Below are positions 1 through 8,848 of a stretch of DNA of 64,000 nucleotides, in pieces. The position numbers and the translations under genes are program-made. Position 1 is the stretch's first letter. Each line of letters opens with the position of its first letter. The notes under the pieces are model-generated. The model was not told the DNA's origin, ran no database searches, and saw only the letters and a list, made by a program, of their open reading frames with translations. Source of the DNA: a virus (Duplodnaviria > Caudoviricetes); IMG/VR virus record IMGVR_UViG_3300005259_000074, positions 198,471 to 262,470 of that record; one strand, 5' to 3'.

Positions 1-839
1 TCTTCGACCACATGCTGGACCGGCTCCGGCTTGTCTTCATCAGCCCCGAGGATGTACTTCTTCTTGAACTCGAAGATCTCCTCTTTAGTGGAATGGGTGA
101 AGAACCTATCATCGAACTTAAGAGCCTTCACCTGCTCGGCGATCTCGGCTTCAGTGATGTTCACTTTCGTCGCTTTGCGGGCGAACGAGCACGCGTAGTC
201 GTTGTACTCCCTGTTATCGGCTTTCTTAGAACCGACCGTGATCACCAAGTCGTAGCCGTCTTCGAGCTTGAACGCGTTGATGCCTATCGTGTCTTCGATG
301 ACCATCTGGTTGTTAGTCAGGTCCACGCCGAAGACTTCCTTCTTGAGGAAGCGGTTGATAGTCACCCCGTACCTCATGATCTTGACTTTGCCCTCGAACT
401 CCTTGTTAGATGGGCAACTGACGACGTATGCCAATGCGAAACCGTTGAACTTGCGCCTGAACGTCTCGTAGAGAGCTTTGGCCGAAGTGGAACCGGCTTC
501 TTTCTCCTTGTAGAACTTAGAAGTGTCACCGCACACCTCGCACTCTTTGAACCCGGCGTTGTCGGAGATGTACTCTGAAGTCGGGCACACTATCTCCTGC
601 AGCTTGTTGCTGGGCCTGGTGTCGTCCCAGAAGGTGTGAGTGTAGCGGTTGATGAACGGCATCTTCCTCTTAGAGCCCTCTGGAATGTGGAAGACGAGGC
701 GCAGCTTGTATGTGTTTCCCGATTTGAACTCGATGAACGAGTCGTCGGTGTTGAACTTCTTGTTGGCCTTGTCGTTGAGTTTCTTGGCCTCTTTCTTCTT
801 GAGGTCGTCGAACATGTTCTGTAGATCGAATGCACCCAT
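1..839 (-). CDS. gp32: Single-stranded DNA-binding protein, T4 gp32-like (3' end runs off the window; absent from the ORF track)
   Basis: Manual translation from ATG at 839: MGAFDLQNMFDDLKKKEAKK...LRLVFHIPEGSKRKMPFINRYTHTFWDD...IVCPTSEY...ECEVCGDTSKFYK...KALYETFRRKFNGFALAYVV...GKVKIMRYG...NAFKLEDGYDLVITV; open to base 1; His/Cys3 Zn motif as in gp32. Confidence 0.8.
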   Translation of the reverse strand, partial: MGAFDLQNMFDDLKKKEAKKLNDKANKKFNTDDSFIEFKSGNTYKLRLVFHIPEGSKRKMPFINRYTHTFWDDTRPSNKLQEIVCPTSEYISDNAGFKECEVCGDTSKFYKEKEAGSTSAKALYETFRRKFNGFALAYVVSCPSNKEFEGKVKIMRYGVTINRFLKKEVFGVDLTNNQMVIEDTIGINAFKLEDGYDLVITVGSKKADNREYNDYACSFARKATKVNITEAEIAEQVKALKFDDRFFTHSTKEEIFEFKKKYILGADEDKPEPVQHVVE

Positions 840-879
840 TGTAGTCCTTGTACCTTTCTTAGTTTCTTCTAGTGTTAGA

Positions 880-1257
880 TTACCCTCTGCGGCGCTTCTG
901 CCCGCCGGGTTGTCTCGCTTGATTTGACTTCTTCATCTGGTTAGTCTTTCTCGCGAGTTCATCGTTCTTCGGTGTCTCCACTTGCTTCTCGTTCTTAGTC
1001 TCCGGTGCGTTCTCCTCGTTCTTACTGTCTCCTGTCCCCGTCATCTTCTCGACTGCGGAGATTATGATGTCTACTGCACTGTTGAAATTCAACTTCAACT
1101 TACCCTTCGGCGCCAACACGATAGTCGCGATCTCCTCTTCTTTGGACTTGACCGTCGCCGTCATCTTGTTCATCTGAGAGTAGAATTCTATCTTGACGTC
1201 TCCAGCTTCCGCGGAGCCGATGTCTAGAAAAGGCTGTAAGTTCTTCTTGAATGCCAT
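880..1257 (-). CDS. Hypothetical protein with low-complexity charged C-terminus
   Basis: 125 aa ORF co-oriented with and abutting ligase; phage-like codon use. Confidence 0.7.
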   Translation of the reverse strand: MAFKKNLQPFLDIGSAEAGDVKIEFYSQMNKMTATVKSKEEEIATIVLAPKGKLKLNFNSAVDIIISAVEKMTGTGDSKNEENAPETKNEKQVETPKNDELARKTNQMKKSNQARQPGGQKRRRG

Positions 1258-2558
1258 CAGATGTTCCTCTTTTCAGTGTATAAGTGCTTCATTATCGGGA
1301 ATCTCAGAGACAATTTTCCGTCTCTGTCCTTAGACTCGGCGAAATACTTGACAGTGATCGTCTTCCCTATCAGCTCTTCTGGATGACTGAAGTACTTCAG
1401 TCGCTGTTCATCAGACCACCCAGAGCCGACAGACACCTCGTTTCCCTTGTGAGATATCTTGACTGCCGCGAGACACATGGTGTCCTGCATCTTCCCAGCG
1501 ACCAGCATCGGTTTGATGCCCATCTCGACGTCTTCGATCACGTATTCATCGTCGTGGAACTCTTTCACCTTCAGCATGTCTTTGCTGCGTTTTCCCACGT
1601 AGCCCACGTCAGCCCTGCGCAAGATCAGTCCCTCCCACCCGTTGGATTTCGCCTCTTCGAGCATCTTCTGCATCGACTCCTCAGTCAAGAGGGTCTGCTC
1701 TAGGACGTTAAGTTGGGAAATCCCTTTGGGGATGATAGAATTGAGCTCGGCATGCCGTTCGAAGAGGGTCCTCGTAGACTTTTTGGAGAAGAACTCCTCG
1801 TTAGTCAGACAGTCGAACAGCTTGTAGACTGGACGTTCGATAGTCGAGTTCTTGCGTTTGATCTCACCGACGACTGCGGTGAAGTCTTCTAAACCATTCT
1901 CGTCTACGATGCACATCTCTCCATCGAACACTTTTCCTACGATCGATTCTCCCAATTTTTCAAAAGCTTCTCTAACTCTCTGGAGAGTCATGAACTCGTG
2001 TCCAGCTCGCGAGTAGAATCTTATGTCTTTGAGTGAATTCACGACTGTTATACAGCGGACGCCATCAAGCTTCCGACTAACGACGAATGACCCATCAAAT
2101 GCGACTTTAGATTTCTCGGGATCATACTTATCAGCCAGGGCGACATCGAACGTGGGAATGAGGTTGGGAAACACTTTGTTGATAGCTTTAGCGTCGATGC
2201 GGCACTTTATATCGCGGTCCAACACTCGCCAGAACATTTCGGCGGTGTCTGGAAAGTTGTCGGCGAACGAATTGCACGCGCGGAGTGCGTAATGTCCAGT
2301 CGCCTTCCTAGTCCGCAGAGCGTCTAACAGCTCGTACACGTCGCTGCACATGTCAGTCTCGACGATGTCACAAGTGGTGATGTAAGTGCGCTTCTTGCAG
2401 TTCTCTGGAGACACTCCGTACTGGTAGAAGCTGTTGTAGACGTAGAAGAGGATCTTCTTGCACTCTGGATGCTTTGCGAGGATCTCCAATTTGAGCTTCG
2501 ACGAGTTAGTCGAATTGAGCTCGGTGGCGAGGATAGATAAGGCTTCTAGATCGTTCAT
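1257..2558 (-). CDS. gp30: ATP-dependent DNA ligase (T4 gp30-like)
   Basis: Motif I SRKLDGVR, FDGEM, WEGLILR, MLKVKEF, C-terminal SLRFP OB-fold. Confidence 0.97.
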   Translation of the reverse strand: MNDLEALSILATELNSTNSSKLKLEILAKHPECKKILFYVYNSFYQYGVSPENCKKRTYITTCDIVETDMCSDVYELLDALRTRKATGHYALRACNSFADNFPDTAEMFWRVLDRDIKCRIDAKAINKVFPNLIPTFDVALADKYDPEKSKVAFDGSFVVSRKLDGVRCITVVNSLKDIRFYSRAGHEFMTLQRVREAFEKLGESIVGKVFDGEMCIVDENGLEDFTAVVGEIKRKNSTIERPVYKLFDCLTNEEFFSKKSTRTLFERHAELNSIIPKGISQLNVLEQTLLTEESMQKMLEEAKSNGWEGLILRRADVGYVGKRSKDMLKVKEFHDDEYVIEDVEMGIKPMLVAGKMQDTMCLAAVKISHKGNEVSVGSGWSDEQRLKYFSHPEELIGKTITVKYFAESKDRDGKLSLRFPIMKHLYTEKRNI

Positions 2559-2605
2559 CGTGTTCTCCGTTCTGTGGATTTTTTCATGAATTCTTCGTCT
2601 GTTTA

Positions 2606-2611
2606 TATTTA
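2606..2611 (-). promoter_or_regulatory. T4-late-type promoter core (GTGTAAATA) upstream of ligase
   Basis: TAAATA on minus strand about 50 nt before the ligase ATG; same motif recurs before late genes. Confidence 0.45.
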
Positions 2612-2615
2612 CACT

Positions 2616-3281
2616 TTAATGTGAATTTTCTGGAGGTGTCATAGCTATCTTCTCGACTACTTGTGGAAGTACGTCGAACAGCTGTCTGACCTTAGGACTA
2701 GTCAGCGACTTAGCGCGCAGCATGTCGACCTCCTCCAAGAAAGAATGAAAGTAAGTGGCTGTTACGTCGGGGGGATAAGATTTGATGATGTCTACGACGT
2801 TTGGAACTATGGAAACGAAGAATTTGGTGACAGTTCCAGCCTTGAGCTGCTTCGCCATCGTCGGGATTATGGCCTTCCCTTCGAACAAGTACTCGTCGAA
2901 AGTCTTAATGTCTCTGTCTCTCATGTACACACCGACTGTCTTGACGGAAGCGACGATGCCTTTCTCGATGGCGACGACCGTGTCAGTAGCGTTGAGGATA
3001 GACACGTAGTTGTTATAGAGTTTGATGCTCTTGAGAGACCCCAAGTTGACCGGATTGAACCACCCACCGTAGAAGTCGACTTGGGCAGCGATGAACACCT
3101 TGTAGTCGATGTTCCCTGCGTTGTTGTTGACCATCTTCGCGAAGCGCTCGAAATAAGCCCATTCAGGCTTTTCTTTCTGCTTCGCGAAGTCTCTGACAGC
3201 CTTAGGGCAGAAATTCTTCTCTTTCAAGAAGGTCTGCCTCCTCCACTCGGAGAACACCATCTCTGGAGTCACCTCTTGCAC
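2616..3281 (-). CDS. Putative helicase loader, T4 gp59-like
   Basis: 221 aa (gp59 is 217 aa); segment PTMAKQLKAGTVTKFFVSIVPNVVDII resembles gp59 SYIFKLLQSNIISFETFILLDSFLNII; lies between gp32 and gp41. Confidence 0.5.
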   Translation of the reverse strand: MQEVTPEMVFSEWRRQTFLKEKNFCPKAVRDFAKQKEKPEWAYFERFAKMVNNNAGNIDYKVFIAAQVDFYGGWFNPVNLGSLKSIKLYNNYVSILNATDTVVAIEKGIVASVKTVGVYMRDRDIKTFDEYLFEGKAIIPTMAKQLKAGTVTKFFVSIVPNVVDIIKSYPPDVTATYFHSFLEEVDMLRAKSLTSPKVRQLFDVLPQVVEKIAMTPPENSH

Positions 3282-3646
3282 TTCTTACTCCCAATCTTCA
3301 TGTGTTCTTGGATGGACTTGACTAGCTGTGAGTTGAACATCTTAGGATACACGTGGATCAGTATCTCCAAGTAGTCTTTTGCGTCGAGAGCGTAGCGCCT
3401 GAGCTGAGCCTTGAAAAAGTCTTTGTCTTTCAGCGCGCGGCGGAGCTTCGGTTCTACTTCCTCCGGAGTCGCGACTTCGAACTCTCTGACATAGTCGTTG
3501 ACTATCGATTCGGAGTCTATGTTGACCATCATCTCCCGGTCGACGTTGTCTCCTATCGAAAAAGGGTGGTTGTCTGCGTGGATATCGTTCATTAGATGTG
3601 TCTTTTCATATAGATCCCAGTCCATCGAAGACTGAGTCGACTGCAC
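3269..3646 (-). CDS. Hypothetical protein, possibly gp33-like late co-activator (start may be ATG 3625)
   Basis: Adjacent to the gp59-like gene as gp33 is in T4; weak resemblance of PKMFNSQLVKSIQEH to gp33 AKFIPSGIIEKIQSE. Confidence 0.35.
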   Translation of the reverse strand: MQSTQSSMDWDLYEKTHLMNDIHADNHPFSIGDNVDREMMVNIDSESIVNDYVREFEVATPEEVEPKLRRALKDKDFFKAQLRRYALDAKDYLEILIHVYPKMFNSQLVKSIQEHMKIGSKKCKR

Positions 3647-5006
3647 TCTTGGCAGTTTCTTCTCGTTTCTCTTCCAGATCTGTCACCCTCAAGTTGGAGT
3701 AATTGATGAAGAATTCTAGCACCTTTCCAATCTTCCCTCCAAACCTGTTCTTGAGGACTTTCATACATATTCGTCCAGCTTCGGCGTCGCCTTCTTGTTG
3801 AAAAAGGGCCCCAATGAAGTCTGACGTGTGGTTGATGCCCGCGGACTCGCTGACGTCGGCCATTGATACTTCAGCTGTGTCGTAACCCATGCGTCCGACT
3901 TGCGAAGCTGAGATGACCGGCACGCCAAATATGTAGCTGAGAGCTCTGAGATCGCGGGTGACATCACCGACTTTCTCGTACATGCTCATGTTGTTGGACT
4001 TCGTGTTGGGACAGAGGAGATTGATGTAGTCTACGATTATGACGTCGGGTTTCTTACCCATCGCGACGAGTTTGTCGATGTAAGACTTTATGTGCTTGCT
4101 CGCTATGGTGTTAGGAGGATACTCCTTTATGAACAGCTCTGCGTTCTTGTGAAAGTCTTTGAACGACAGTATCTTCTCTCTGACTTTCGGTATCTGCACC
4201 TGGATGGAATTGATGTCATTTCCCGACAGCAGCGCGTCTATCCTCTGCCCGTACACGTCTTCGCTCATCTCCAGCGTGATGATCGCTACTTTAAGGTCTT
4301 GCGCGAGATAGTTGACGGCGAGGTTCGACATGAACATAGACTTACCTAAGCCGGGTTGGGCTAGGAATGTGACGAGACACTTTCCAGTCTTCCAGAACCC
4401 GCCGTTCGTCACGTTATCGAGGTCCGTCAACTTCGAGAGGATCTTCGCCTCTGGATTAGCTAGGACGTTGAGGTGGCGCTCCAAGTCTTTGAAGTACTCG
4501 AATCCCAGAGATTTGTCCATGCTGATCGTCATGACTTTGTTCATCTTGTCGATGACGCACGCGACATCTTTAGACTTCTCTATGTCATCGAGAGAGTCCA
4601 TTATAGCGTAGTACATCGTCTTGTTCTTGATGAACTCGATGAACTTGTCTTTGATGAACGTATCGTCGCCCGATAAGTCCAGTTCTAGAGAGCTGTCGAA
4701 AGTAGAAGTCAGAGTCTTGAGGTCTACTTTGAGGTCTCCAGCTCGTTTCGACAGGAGAGCTTCTAGCACAGCTCTCGAAGGCATCTTTGCGTAAGATGAG
4801 TAGAAAGACAGCAGTACTTTGACTACGTCTCCGACTCGGGAGTTCTCGTCGAAGAACCGTCTGTCGTAGTGCTCGAACAGCTTAGACGCGCAGTCTAAGT
4901 CTGTGTACACCTTCTTGAGCACTATCTGCTCGACAACTCCATCCGGAAGGGTGACATCCTTACTTATGACGGATGGGTTGTTCTTTTTCTCAGCAGGATT
5001 GACCAT
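3606..5006 (-). CDS. gp41: Replicative DnaB-like helicase (gp41)
   Basis: Walker A AQPGLGKS, ITLEMS, VIIVDYINL, PVISASQVGR, SESAG, KNRFGG. Confidence 0.97.
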   Translation of the reverse strand: MVNPAEKKNNPSVISKDVTLPDGVVEQIVLKKVYTDLDCASKLFEHYDRRFFDENSRVGDVVKVLLSFYSSYAKMPSRAVLEALLSKRAGDLKVDLKTLTSTFDSSLELDLSGDDTFIKDKFIEFIKNKTMYYAIMDSLDDIEKSKDVACVIDKMNKVMTISMDKSLGFEYFKDLERHLNVLANPEAKILSKLTDLDNVTNGGFWKTGKCLVTFLAQPGLGKSMFMSNLAVNYLAQDLKVAIITLEMSEDVYGQRIDALLSGNDINSIQVQIPKVREKILSFKDFHKNAELFIKEYPPNTIASKHIKSYIDKLVAMGKKPDVIIVDYINLLCPNTKSNNMSMYEKVGDVTRDLRALSYIFGVPVISASQVGRMGYDTAEVSMADVSESAGINHTSDFIGALFQQEGDAEAGRICMKVLKNRFGGKIGKVLEFFINYSNLRVTDLEEKREETAKSAVDSVFDGLGSI

Positions 5007-5014
5007 GAGTTAAT

Positions 5015-6226
5015 TTACTCCACTTCGACCGTGTCGTTCTCTGTCGAAGTGGGTTCTGATGAAGGAGCGCTTTCTTCACCGCTATTCTCAGTCAGCATCT
5101 TCTCGAGGTCAGCTTTGGAGTAAGACATATCGGCTTTCGATTTCTCGTTGAAAGCATCCAAGAACGTCGCCCATATCGCGTCGTTAGTCTCGATGTCCTT
5201 CCGACGAAGCTTGACATCTCGATAAGATGGGACTGTGTAGTACGCCCCCTCTTGCTTTATGAAACCGTATGAGATCGCAGCTTCGATCAGGCCGTCGTAC
5301 TTTGCGATGCCACTGGTGAAGTCGACGTACATCTCAGCCTCGAAGAACGGCTTGACTATCCTGTTCTTCGCGGTGAAGAACCTGAGCATGTTGCCCTTGT
5401 ACGTAGCTTCATCGCTAGCTTCTTCGGTCTTCACGAAGCGCCTGTCGCACTGGATGGATATCGTCGGGATGTATTTAGTGCCCTTGCCGCCGCCTTGCTC
5501 TTTGATCTTCGAAGGATACATCTGGTTAGTAGCGTCGTAGATGTGGTTGATGACGAGGATCGGAACATCGGACTTCATCGACGGTATAGTCAGACTCTTG
5601 AGGAGTGTGTTGCAGAGCCTCGCCCTAAGACCCATGTCCATCACTTGCTTGTCTTTGTCGACCGCGTCAGTGTACACCTTGTTGGTGACCAGAGCGCCGA
5701 GTGAGTCGAGGATTATCATGAACTTCGAGTCTTCGTTTCCAGGTTTTGTCTTGTACTCATCTAGAGCTGACAACACTTTCAACATCTGTTGGGTGGCATT
5801 CTCAACGCTCTCGCAGAGAACGTGCTCAATCTTATCAGGATCGAGATTGAAACCGGTCATCATGTCAACGAGACCTCCACCCTCGGAGTCGAAGTAGAAT
5901 ATGTGGCTGTACCCGTGTTTGTTCACCGCATTTGCGGCGATCCTAGCGGCAATGAGGCTCTTGCCCGACGCAGACTCACCAAACAGCATAGTCACGCGGC
6001 CTGCGGGAATGCCACCGTAGATGTCTCCGCTAACGATGCGGTTGAGAGCGAAACACCCGGTGTCGACGTAGTGAGACACGTGGGAGTACTTCGCATTCTT
6101 AAAGCTTGCAGAACCTGTCTCCTTGCGGATGCCTTTCAACAAGTCTCCTAGTCCCTTTGATGGAGCTTTCTGCTCTACTTCTGTCTTGTCTTTCTTAGCC
6201 ATTTGTTCTCCTGATTTTGAGTTCAA
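5015..6226 (-). CDS. uvsX: RecA-like recombinase UvsX
   Basis: DTGCFALNRIVSGDIYGGIPAGRV, GESASGKS, ILDSLGAL, LVINHIY, GGGKG, KNR. Confidence 0.96.
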   Translation of the reverse strand: MNSKSGEQMAKKDKTEVEQKAPSKGLGDLLKGIRKETGSASFKNAKYSHVSHYVDTGCFALNRIVSGDIYGGIPAGRVTMLFGESASGKSLIAARIAANAVNKHGYSHIFYFDSEGGGLVDMMTGFNLDPDKIEHVLCESVENATQQMLKVLSALDEYKTKPGNEDSKFMIILDSLGALVTNKVYTDAVDKDKQVMDMGLRARLCNTLLKSLTIPSMKSDVPILVINHIYDATNQMYPSKIKEQGGGKGTKYIPTISIQCDRRFVKTEEASDEATYKGNMLRFFTAKNRIVKPFFEAEMYVDFTSGIAKYDGLIEAAISYGFIKQEGAYYTVPSYRDVKLRRKDIETNDAIWATFLDAFNEKSKADMSYSKADLEKMLTENSGEESAPSSEPTSTENDTVEVE

Positions 6227-6248
6227 TCTTCACAGTCTAATATACATT

Positions 6249-6773
6249 TCAGATGTCTTCGATCTTATTGATGATGAGCTCTTCGCTGATCTTTGGGAAT
6301 ACTTCGAAAATGAACTTCATCAAACTATCTCCGTCGAACAGTCTAGGCATTTTTCCGATTGCGAAGTTCATCGTCACTTCTAGTGTTTCTTCATCATAAC
6401 CACCGCGGAGGATGATGATGCTGATGTCTTTTAGAGTTCCAGTCTTAAGAGCATTCTTGTTCATCTCGCTGACAATGCTCTGTTTTATTGCTAACTTAAG
6501 ACATAAGTTGAAATTTTCAAGATTGTCGCTGTCCATGTTGAAATATAAGACCGTCACTCCAGCGCTTCTTAAAGTCTCGATGAATTTTCCGATGTCATCT
6601 TGCGCTGGTTGTTTATTCACGATGGCATAAGAAGTACCAGGGAAACTAACGTAGGCGTTTCCAGAAGGAAATGTAGTGTAGCTGTTAGAGGGAACAGTTA
6701 TGTAATGAGAGAATATACTACCACTAATTGCGGAAGTGGTTGTTACCGGAGAAATGTTATTCTGGAGTGCCAT
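6249..6773 (-). CDS. Hypothetical protein ending in KIEDI motif
   Basis: 174 aa ORF in operon; S/T-rich N-terminus. Confidence 0.65.
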   Translation of the reverse strand: MALQNNISPVTTTSAISGSIFSHYITVPSNSYTTFPSGNAYVSFPGTSYAIVNKQPAQDDIGKFIETLRSAGVTVLYFNMDSDNLENFNLCLKLAIKQSIVSEMNKNALKTGTLKDISIIILRGGYDEETLEVTMNFAIGKMPRLFDGDSLMKFIFEVFPKISEELIINKIEDI

Positions 6774-7404
6774 CTGGTTTGTTAATCTTTCTGAGAACTC
6801 TAGTGACCTTATCTACGTTGTCGTAGCTGAGTGCTTTGTACAATCTTCTAGTCAACTCTATGTCGAACATCGCATCGTGAGACGCGTTCAACAATTCTTC
6901 GTCTGACACTTTCTCGACGATGCCGACCATCGAAGCGACGTTGTACACAGTGATGAGCTTGAAGTTCGGCATGTCTTTTCTGATCGATTTCATGAACTCA
7001 CCAGCCAGGCTCATCACATCTAGCGGAGGAGTCCATATAAATCTGCCGAAATCTGAGTCGAACTCAGTGAACAACTTACGCATGAACTCGTTGTCGAAAC
7101 CGACGTTGTATCCGACCAAAAAGTACTTGTCTCTGCGGTCAGCAGAATCGAGATGACCTTTGAAAATCTTAGTTAGAGCTGCGACGGCGTCTTTCTTAGG
7201 TTGATACTTCGATAGGCTCTCGTGGGTTATCTTAAAATTCTTTGTCACCCATTCATCGATGAACACGTCTGGACCTGGATCCATCTTGACATCGAACTTC
7301 TCCAAGATCTTATCATCTTCTTCGATTATCCCGGCGACTTGCCAAATACCACATACCGCCCTGTCTGAACCTGTCGTCTCTGTGTCTAGGTGTAAGTACT
7401 TCAT
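6757..7404 (-). CDS. DEDDh 3'-5' exonuclease (DnaQ/DexA-like)
   Basis: DTETTG, VGYNVGFD, HDAMFD motifs. Confidence 0.92.
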   Translation of the reverse strand: MKYLHLDTETTGSDRAVCGIWQVAGIIEEDDKILEKFDVKMDPGPDVFIDEWVTKNFKITHESLSKYQPKKDAVAALTKIFKGHLDSADRRDKYFLVGYNVGFDNEFMRKLFTEFDSDFGRFIWTPPLDVMSLAGEFMKSIRKDMPNFKLITVYNVASMVGIVEKVSDEELLNASHDAMFDIELTRRLYKALSYDNVDKVTRVLRKINKPDGTPE

Positions 7405-7417
7405 CGTGTGTTCCTTG

Positions 7418-8269
7418 TCAGTTGTTGTTCCAGAGCCACTCGAAGAATTTGTCTCTGCTTATCGGCGCTTTTCCTTCAGTCATTCCCGAGATGTCCAAGA
7501 AAGGACTCCCGTCAGTGTACACTGGAGGCATGTCAATCCTAGGTAGTTCTACGGGGATGAAAGGCTTCTCCAGCATCTTGTTCACTAGGTCAAAATCTCT
7601 CTCGTAGATGTGGAGAGACACCGCATGGTGTGTGTACGATCCCAATTCCAAATCACGATACGACGGAAGCAGCTGTTTCCGCATGACCTGCATCAGGTAC
7701 AGGAAGAACGGAATGTCAAAACAAGTGCCGAGCACTGCGTCGTTAGACCTCATGATAGTCGACAAGTTCAACTTGTTGTCTCTGATGTTGAACACCGCAT
7801 TGAGAGTGCACACGAAGTCTTTGACACCAGGATAAGATACTTTCGGTTTGTTGAACCTAATGATAGCTTGACGGGTGTCTTTATCGTCCACTAGACTTCT
7901 GTACGCCCAAGTCCATTCTGTCAGACCGTGTTCGTTCTTCTCGTTGAAGATCAATTTACCGTAAGCAGAATTGCAAGTTCCATCTTCGTTGGCTATCTTC
8001 TTCCAGAACTTCGAGTACTTCTCGATGAACTCTAGGTCATTCCTCCCGGAGAAGTACCAGAGCAACTCGCCTTTCAAGTACTTCATTGGGATAGACCTGA
8101 CTTCGTTCTCGAAAGAATTGCTCCAGCAGTCATCTATGTGGATGACGGCATCAGTTATCTCGCGTATCTTCATCCCTCTCGGGGATGTGACGAAATCGGG
8201 CTTGTTCATTATCTCATTCAGCGCGCATCCGTAAGCTTCCGCGAACGTCTTCCCTCTTATCTCTCTCAC
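7418..8269 (-). CDS. Thymidylate-synthase-superfamily enzyme with dCMP-type specificity (dCMP hydroxymethylase/hydroxylase-like)
   Basis: TSPRG, NSAYG, DTRQA, catalytic FVCT, RSNDAVLGTCFD with Asp at the E. coli ThyA Asn177 position, YTHHAVSLHIYE. Confidence 0.85.
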   Translation of the reverse strand: MREIRGKTFAEAYGCALNEIMNKPDFVTSPRGMKIREITDAVIHIDDCWSNSFENEVRSIPMKYLKGELLWYFSGRNDLEFIEKYSKFWKKIANEDGTCNSAYGKLIFNEKNEHGLTEWTWAYRSLVDDKDTRQAIIRFNKPKVSYPGVKDFVCTLNAVFNIRDNKLNLSTIMRSNDAVLGTCFDIPFFLYLMQVMRKQLLPSYRDLELGSYTHHAVSLHIYERDFDLVNKMLEKPFIPVELPRIDMPPVYTDGSPFLDISGMTEGKAPISRDKFFEWLWNNN

Positions 8270-8802
8270 CAGCGTTTCTCCTCTGCTATCTGATCGAGTA
8301 TCGAATCTGCTATGTCACGCGGTGAAGAACTTAAGTCAGTTCTCACGGTGCGAAGATAGAACGGGCTGTGCTTGCAGAACACCGAGAATTTGCTCTGTAG
8401 TAGATCAATGTCTTTCACTGGAGGAGCAGTCTCGCCTCGAGATAGATGCCGCTGATGGACTATCTCCGGTTTGCACTCGACAAAGACGAGAGCGATGGGT
8501 AGAGATTTCCAGTGTTCTTCCAGACCTCGCAAATATTCTGGGTACCTATCTCTGTACTTCGGCCCGTACACGTACTCACCGGCCCATGCTCTGTCTAAGA
8601 CCAAGTTGCCTTCCATGATGTTGATCATCTCGAACAGCATGTCGAACTGGCCGAACTGGAAGCCGTACTTCTCTTCGACAGAGTTTCCTTTTGGGAAGGC
8701 GAAGTGGAACTGCTTTGCGTTCAGCGATCCGATCAACTCAGAGCAGATCGAGCTCTTACCCGAGCAGTCGACTCCCTCTAACACTATAGTCCTAACAGGC
8801 AT
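8266..8802 (-). CDS. dNMP (thymidylate-like) kinase
   Basis: IVLEGVDCSGKSS P-loop, LDRAW..EYVYG. Confidence 0.9.
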   Translation of the reverse strand: MPVRTIVLEGVDCSGKSSICSELIGSLNAKQFHFAFPKGNSVEEKYGFQFGQFDMLFEMINIMEGNLVLDRAWAGEYVYGPKYRDRYPEYLRGLEEHWKSLPIALVFVECKPEIVHQRHLSRGETAPPVKDIDLLQSKFSVFCKHSPFYLRTVRTDLSSSPRDIADSILDQIAEEKRW

Positions 8803-8848
8803 TTGAAATCCTCCAGTTCGCTAGATTAGAATACCTCTTAGACCCATC

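Noticed and set aside
12-578. 188-aa plus-strand ORF (also 2661-3374, 9122-9874, 30942-31784, 60226-61044 and similar)
   Set aside because: Antisense shadows of clearly recognisable genes on the opposite strand; no motifs or RBS
7418-8269. Ordinary thymidylate synthase ThyA
   Set aside because: Asp instead of Asn at the specificity position, and context within a glycosylation operon
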